From the IMG/VR virus record IMGVR_UViG_2703718824_000010, positions 1 through 9,732 of that record: a stretch of DNA of 9,732 bases; one strand, 5' to 3'. Positions 5,767 to 9,732 of the stretch are shown here, in pieces. How positions within the stretch are numbered: the stretch's first letter is position 1; each line of letters begins with the position of its first letter. The DNA is from a virus. Its lineage: Duplodnaviria; Heunggongvirae; Uroviricota; Caudoviricetes. The translations under genes were made by a program, and so were the position numbers. The notes under the pieces were generated by a model. It was not told the origin of the DNA. It made no database searches and saw only the letters and a program-made list of their open reading frames with translations.

Positions 5767-6825
5767 ATGCTTAATACTGTAAAAATATCCAGTTGTGAGT
5801 TAATCAACGCCGACTGCCTGGAATTTATCCGGTCGTTACCCGAAAATTCTGTTGACCTGATAGTCACGGACCCGCCGTACTTTAAAGTGAAGCCTGAGGG
5901 CTGGGATAACCAGTGGAAGGGCGACGATGATTACCTGAAGTGGCTGGACCAGTGTCTGGCGCAGTTCTGGCGGGTGCTGAAACCTGCCGGAAGTCTTTAC
6001 CTGTTCTGTGGCCATCGCCTGGCATCTGACATTGAAATCATGATGCGTGAACGCTTCAGTGTGCTGAACCATATTATCTGGGCGAAGCCGTCCGGACGCT
6101 GGAACGGGTGCAACAAGGAAAGCCTGAGGGCGTATTTCCCCGCCACAGAGCGCATTCTGTTCGCGGAACATTATCAGGGGCCGTATCGTCCGAAAGATGC
6201 CGGGTATGAGGCGAAGGGCAGGGCACTGAAACAGCATGTGATGGCCCCGCTGATTGCTTACTTTCGTGATGCACGTGCTGCCCTGGGGATAACGGCAAAA
6301 CAGATTGCTGATGCCACAGGAAAGAAAAACATGGTGTCGCACTGGTTCAGTGCCAGTCAGTGGCAGCTACCGGACGAAAGCGATTATCTGAAATTACAGG
6401 CGCTGTTTGCCCGGGTGGCAGAAGAGAAGCATCAGCGCGGAGAACTGGAAAAGCCACATCACCAACTGGTCAGCACATACAGTGAACTGAACCGACACTA
6501 TACGGAACTGCAGAGTGAATATAAGCATCTGCGGCGGTATTTCGGTGTGACGGCGCAGGTGCCGTACACCGATGTGTGGACGCATAAACCGGTGCAGTAC
6601 TATCCCGGGAAACATCCGTGCGAAAAACCGGCAGAAATGCTGCAGCAGATAATCAGCGCGAGCAGTCGTCCGGGTGACCTGGTTGCAGATTTTTTCATGG
6701 GGTCGGGTTCGACAGTCAAAGCAGCGATGGCGCTGGGGCGTCGTGCAACTGGCGTTGAGCTGGAGACTGAACGTTTTGAGCAGACGGTCAGGGAAGTTCA
6801 GGATTTAGCCAGTCAGAACGGATGA
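5767..6825 (+). CDS. beta-class DNA N6-adenine/N4-cytosine methyltransferase (352 aa), phage Dam-like orphan methylase
   Basis: Motif IV DPPY near the N-terminus (LIVTDPPYF) and motif I FxGxG near the C-terminus (DFFMGSGSTVKAA), the beta-class order typical of the N6_N4_Mtase family. ATG 5767 is the first start after an in-frame TGA. Confidence 0.9.
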   Translation: MLNTVKISSCELINADCLEFIRSLPENSVDLIVTDPPYFKVKPEGWDNQWKGDDDYLKWLDQCLAQFWRVLKPAGSLYLFCGHRLASDIEIMMRERFSVLNHIIWAKPSGRWNGCNKESLRAYFPATERILFAEHYQGPYRPKDAGYEAKGRALKQHVMAPLIAYFRDARAALGITAKQIADATGKKNMVSHWFSASQWQLPDESDYLKLQALFARVAEEKHQRGELEKPHHQLVSTYSELNRHYTELQSEYKHLRRYFGVTAQVPYTDVWTHKPVQYYPGKHPCEKPAEMLQQIISASSRPGDLVADFFMGSGSTVKAAMALGRRATGVELETERFEQTVREVQDLASQNG

Positions 6826-6865
6826 TATTGCAGGATTAGTTACGTACCGTTATTATCCTGCGCCC

Positions 6866-6941
6866 GGCCCTTTAGCTCAGTGGTGAGAGCGAGCGACTCA
6901 TAATCGCCAGGTCGCTGGTTCAAATCCAGCAAGGGCCACCA
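6866..6941 (+). tRNA. tRNA with anticodon CAU (Met, or Ile2 if lysidine-modified; ileZ-like in Stx phages)
   Basis: Hand-folded cloverleaf: acceptor GGCCCTT/AAGGGCC, D-arm GCTC..GAGC, anticodon loop CTCATAA, T-arm GCTGG-TTCAAAT-CCAGC, encoded 3' CCA. Confidence 0.9.
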
Positions 6942-6948
6942 TCACATA

Positions 6949-7025
6949 CCGCCATTAGCTCATCGGGATAGAGCGCCAGCCTTCGAAGCTGGTTGCGCGG
7001 GGTTCGAGTCCTCGATGGCGGTCCA
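6949..7025 (+). tRNA. tRNA-Arg (anticodon UCG)
   Basis: Acceptor CCGCCAT/ATGGCGG, anticodon stem CCAGC/GCTGG with loop CTTCGAA, T-loop TTCGAGT, encoded CCA. Confidence 0.85.
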
Positions 7026-7038
7026 TTATCTGTACACT

Positions 7039-7115
7039 GCGTTGTTAGCTCAGCCGGACAGAGCAATTGCCTTCTAAGCAATCGGTCACTGGTTCGAATC
7101 CAGTACAACGCACCA
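7039..7115 (+). tRNA. tRNA-Arg (anticodon UCU)
   Basis: Acceptor GCGTTGT/ACAACGC, anticodon stem ATTGC/GCAAT with loop CTTCTAA, T-arm ACTGG-TTCGAAT-CCAGT, encoded CCA. Confidence 0.9.
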
Positions 7116-7200
7116 CACTTATTTTTCCTGGCTCGCTTTTGTGGGCCTTTTTTGCCTCCGCGCCACGCCCGGCGCATATCAACCACAGAGCCTTTCACAA

Positions 7201-8136
7201 ATGGTTTTTCAGGAGTCCAATAATCGCGATGTCGCCAGAAAATACGCAGAGTACATCACGTCCGTTCCTTTGCGTCGGTTTGTCGCTGAAAAAGTGCGGG
7301 AATATTGTGGTGATCTGCCCCTGAGTATTTTTGATGGTGCGTGTGGCTCCGGGCAACTGGAGCAGTTTCTCACGGTGGGAAGTCTGTATGCTGTGGATAT
7401 ACAGGCCTCTCCGTTGTTGCATATCCCGGATAATTTCCCGGATGCCACAGTGAAGACGGTCAATGAAAATTTCTTCAACGCCATCGATGATGTCAGTGAC
7501 ACGGACACGTTCGATTGTGTCATCATGAATCCGCCTTTTTCGCTACAGTACAAAGCACAGAGCGCGGATATCAGGGAGAAGATTTCAGCGATGATGCCTT
7601 ATAAAAAGACCTCCGGTGTTCTGGATGACGCGTTTTATGTTCTGGCGAGCATGAAGGCAAGATTTTCATTTTTTTTGTGCTTTCCCGGGGTTGGTTACAG
7701 GCGTGGTGAGCTGGCAATGCGTCAGTATTTTGGCAACCGCGTTGTTGAGTTGGTTCAGATTTCAGGCGGGTTCGCTGATACATCGGTTTCTGTATTATTC
7801 GTCATTATTGATAACGAAAAGCAAAGCGATGATGTTGTTGTTTATGGCGTCGGGTTTAATGGGGAAACTTGCAAAAAGTCAGCGCCGGTGACGGAGAAGA
7901 TTAACACAGACAACTGGAACAGGCCGTACATTGCTGAAGAGAAGGAGGTCATTGACATTGTACAGGTGACGGCTGAGTTGCTTGTAAGGCAAACAAGAAG
8001 ACGGAAACTTGAAGATGAGCATAACGCCTTTGTGTGGTCCTTAATGAGTGATGATCAGCGGACGGAGGTTTCCCGTTTTCTGTCAGTGCACGGTTTGTTT
8101 TTTGATGCCGGTTCAGGTTGTGTGCACATACGTTAA
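7201..8136 (+). CDS. gamma-order SAM-dependent N6-adenine methyltransferase-like protein (311 aa from ATG 7201; the track's ORF opens at GTG 7141, too close to the tRNA)
   Basis: Motif I FDGACGSGQLEQF (like HsdM DPACGSGGFL) lies upstream of motif IV DCVIMNPPF, the gamma-class order. No signal peptide and no Stx-like features. No obvious SD before 7201. It is short for a DNA methyltransferase with a full target-recognition domain. Confidence 0.7.
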   Translation: MVFQESNNRDVARKYAEYITSVPLRRFVAEKVREYCGDLPLSIFDGACGSGQLEQFLTVGSLYAVDIQASPLLHIPDNFPDATVKTVNENFFNAIDDVSDTDTFDCVIMNPPFSLQYKAQSADIREKISAMMPYKKTSGVLDDAFYVLASMKARFSFFLCFPGVGYRRGELAMRQYFGNRVVELVQISGGFADTSVSVLFVIIDNEKQSDDVVVYGVGFNGETCKKSAPVTEKINTDNWNRPYIAEEKEVIDIVQVTAELLVRQTRRRKLEDEHNAFVWSLMSDDQRTEVSRFLSVHGLFFDAGSGCVHIR

Positions 8137-8200
8137 ATCTGGTGCCGGTCGCTGGTTGCCGGTGTCGTGATGATTGTCTTCCTGTTGCCCCGAAAATTTT

Positions 8201-8439
8201 AAATGTCTCACAATTCAGACGGTTGACAGTTGTCTGATTTGCGGGGAGTTTGTTAAAAGAAACTGGCATGGTGAATCCCCCTGAGCGGAGGGGCATATCA
8301 GCGACAGGTGTTTGGTTACATCCCTTATCCTTTCTGTGCGGGTTCAGGTGCTGATACTGAACTCACCGGGAGGCACCCGGCACCATGCGCATGATGATAC
8401 AGATACGCAGCGTCAGCCCCTCTCCGGAGGGGCTTTTCT
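8201..8439 (+). repeat. structured non-coding module, copy A (candidate sRNA gene): conserved 5' box, two hairpins, intrinsic terminator
   Basis: Shares ordered blocks with copy B: CTCACAATTCAG, TTTGTTAAAA (extended -10-like), hairpin CCCCT-GAGCGG-AGGGG (8276..8294), CTGAACTCACCGGGAGGCACCCGGCA (hairpin 8366..8380), and terminator AGCCCCTC/TCCG/GAGGGGCT+TTTCT (8415..8439). Candidate ORFs inside are not conserved between copies. Confidence 0.5.
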
Positions 8440-8512
8440 GTGCCGGATACATCACAGTTTCTGGAACCTTGGGTACTACAGTATCAGTCAGGGTGCTATA
8501 TTTTCAGATGTG

Positions 8513-8614
8513 ATGAAAGCCTGTCAGCAGGCAGGGCGTATCGGAAATGACCCAGTAGAGAAAACGTTGACTCAGATACCGGTGCTGAGTTACCGGGAAA
8601 CCGGCATCACATGA
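8513..8614 (+). CDS. possible 33-codon small ORF (MKACQQAGRIGNDPVEKTLTQIPVLSYRETGIT), speculative
   Basis: Extended -10 TGcTATATT at 8494..8502 just upstream and a terminator just downstream, but no SD. The longer 100-aa track ORF (8312..8614) runs through the copy A hairpins and terminator and is rejected. Confidence 0.2.
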   Translation: MKACQQAGRIGNDPVEKTLTQIPVLSYRETGIT

Positions 8615-8628
8615 CCGCTATCCTTCCA

Positions 8629-8656
8629 GGCCCGTCCGCTCCGGTGGGCCTTTTTA
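8629..8656 (+). terminator. intrinsic terminator (GGCCCGTCCG / CTC / CGGTGGGCC + TTTTT)
   Basis: GC-rich imperfect stem followed by five T residues. Confidence 0.5.
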
Positions 8657-8679
8657 CTGCAGAAAACAGGTTCCCCGTT

Positions 8680-8929
8680 AAATGCTATGTTGCTCACAAT
8701 TCAGTCAGTTGAAGGTTGTCTTCCCGACTGAGAATTTGTTAAAAAATTTCTGCATGATGAATCCCCCTGTGCGGAGGGGCGGCTGGTGTACGGAATGGTC
8801 TCTGATGATCGTTAGCGAGAATGACGCGGGTTCGGTGGCACCGGGCTGAACTCACCGGGAGGCACCCGGCATCATGTAATGAACGGTACATAGCGCTACT
8901 CTTCAGCCCCTCTCCGGAGGGGCTTTCTT
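8680..8929 (+). repeat. structured non-coding module, copy B (candidate sRNA gene), paralogous to copy A
   Basis: Same block order as copy A: CTCACAATTCAG, TTTGTTAAAA, hairpin CCCCT-GTGCGG-AGGGG (8764..8780), CTGAACTCACCGGGAGGCACCCGGCA (8849..8870), terminator AGCCCCTC/TCCG/GAGGGGCT+TTCTT (8905..8929). The stretches between blocks have diverged. Confidence 0.5.
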
Positions 8930-8933
8930 ATGG

Positions 8934-8964
8934 ATAAAAAAAGCCCGCATGGTGAGATGCGGGC
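8934..8964 (-). terminator. hairpin GCCCGCAT / GGTGAG / ATGCGGGC preceded by an A-run on +, i.e. a minus-strand intrinsic terminator (or insulator)
   Basis: 8-bp perfect stem. The + strand has AAAAAAA upstream and no T-run downstream, so it would terminate leftward minus-strand transcription. Confidence 0.4.
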
Positions 8965-9161
8965 AGCAAGGAATAAACAACAAAACGTGAAGTAATCAAT
9001 TTTTCAGCTGGAGAATAATACCCGACAGTAATCACTCTGCGCAACTGCGCGGCCTTTTTCGTATTGCGGGCTGTAGTCTTCCTCCTGCCATTGTCCTGTA
9101 ACTTCCGGACTTCAGCCCGCCCCTCATCTGACTCACAACATTATCCCGACCGGGAGGATTC

Positions 9162-9732
9162 ATGGCATTTAAACACTATGACGTGGTCAGGGCGGCGTCG
9201 CCGTCAGACCTTGCGGAGCGACTGACTCAAAAACTGAAGGAGGGGTGGCAGCCATTTGGCAGTCCTGTCGCCATCACGCCTTATACCCTGATGCAGGCCA
9301 TTGCGGCGGAAGGTGATGTCACCACACCTGTGTTAGTGAAGCCGTCGGCTGGAGAAGGCACAGTAATCAGCGCCACCAGAGACCCGGAGTATTACTTTGT
9401 TGTGGTTCTGGCGGGGCAGTCAAACAGCATGGCATATGGTGAAGGCCTTCCGCTGCCGGAGACATATGACCGTCCGGACCCGCGTATTAAGCAGCTGGCG
9501 CGCCGCAGTACAGTGACACCGGGTGGTGCCGCCTGTAAGTATAACGACATTATTCCGGCGGACTATTGTCTGCATGATGTGCAGGACATGAGCCGTCTTA
9601 ACCATCCGAAAGCGGACCTGTCAAAGGGGCAGTACGGAACCGTGGGGCAGGGGCTGCATATCGCCAAAAAACTGCTGCCGTTTATACCGGCGAATGCGGG
9701 TATTTTGCTGGTTCCGTGCTGCCGTGGTGCTT
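9162..9732 (+). CDS. nanS-p: NanS-p-like sialate O-acetylesterase (N-terminal DUF1737 plus start of SGNH/SASA domain); partial, continues past the window
   Basis: GGGAGG (9152..9157) before ATG 9162. The N-terminus MAFKHYDVVRAASPSDLAERLTQKLKEGWQPFGSPVAITPY matches the DUF1737 start of Stx-prophage NanS-p/YjhS-like esterases as recalled. A GQSN block (SGNH block I) follows. Open to the window edge. Confidence 0.8.
   Translation, partial: MAFKHYDVVRAASPSDLAERLTQKLKEGWQPFGSPVAITPYTLMQAIAAEGDVTTPVLVKPSAGEGTVISATRDPEYYFVVVLAGQSNSMAYGEGLPLPETYDRPDPRIKQLARRSTVTPGGAACKYNDIIPADYCLHDVQDMSRLNHPKADLSKGQYGTVGQGLHIAKKLLPFIPANAGILLVPCCRGA

Noticed and set aside
5836-6342. 168-aa minus-strand ORF, and other minus-strand ORFs (738..1103, 2165..2506, 3021..3359, 7209..7553, 7949..8296)
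   Set aside because: Each lies entirely inside a well-supported + strand gene with recognisable motifs or RBS and has no RBS or recognisable family itself. They are treated as shadow ORFs.
6993-7324. ORFs of 76 and 85 aa overlapping the tRNA genes (6993..7223, 7067..7324)
   Set aside because: They overlap three well-folded tRNA genes and the 5' end of the methyltransferase-like gene. They are artefacts of the open frame across structured RNA genes.
8312-8614. 100-aa + strand ORF in the sRNA-like island
   Set aside because: The frame runs through the copy A hairpins and its intrinsic terminator and has no RBS. Only the last 33 codons, behind an extended -10 element, are kept as a low-confidence possibility.
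8201-8929. Possible CRISPR array, suggested by the repeated hairpin-containing units
   Set aside because: There are only two copies of a long (~240 bp) unit separated by ~240 bp of unrelated sequence, with no short regular repeat-spacer periodicity and no cas genes.
7116-9161. Shiga toxin genes stxA/stxB expected between the tRNA triplet and nanS-p
   Set aside because: No ORF pair with signal peptides of the right sizes (about 315 and 89 aa) is present. The only long ORF has methyltransferase motifs and no signal peptide.

Overview
The window reads as the nin / Q / early-late segment of a lambdoid prophage with a Shiga-toxin-phage-like backbone, but with no stx genes. All convincing genes are on the + strand. 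Left to right: small phage proteins, a hok/mok type I toxin module, a YgiW-like OB-fold periplasmic protein, a DUF968-like HNH-motif protein, RusA resolvase, a Q-like protein with a candidate pR' promoter and tR' terminator, a MazF/PemK-like protein, a small PapI/FaeA-like winged-helix protein behind a leader with two terminators, a beta-class DNA methyltransferase, three tRNAs (anticodons CAU, UCG, UCU), a second gamma-order methyltransferase-like gene, about 1 kb of non-coding DNA holding two paralogous structured modules that each end in an intrinsic terminator, and the 5' part of a NanS-p-like esterase gene. The most unusual part is 7116..9161: the slot between the tRNA triplet and nanS-p, where Stx phages carry stxAB, here holds the methyltransferase-like gene and the sRNA-like island. 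All calls come from reading the sequence and recalled family motifs; no database search was run, and family names and 933W/Qin comparisons are from memory.
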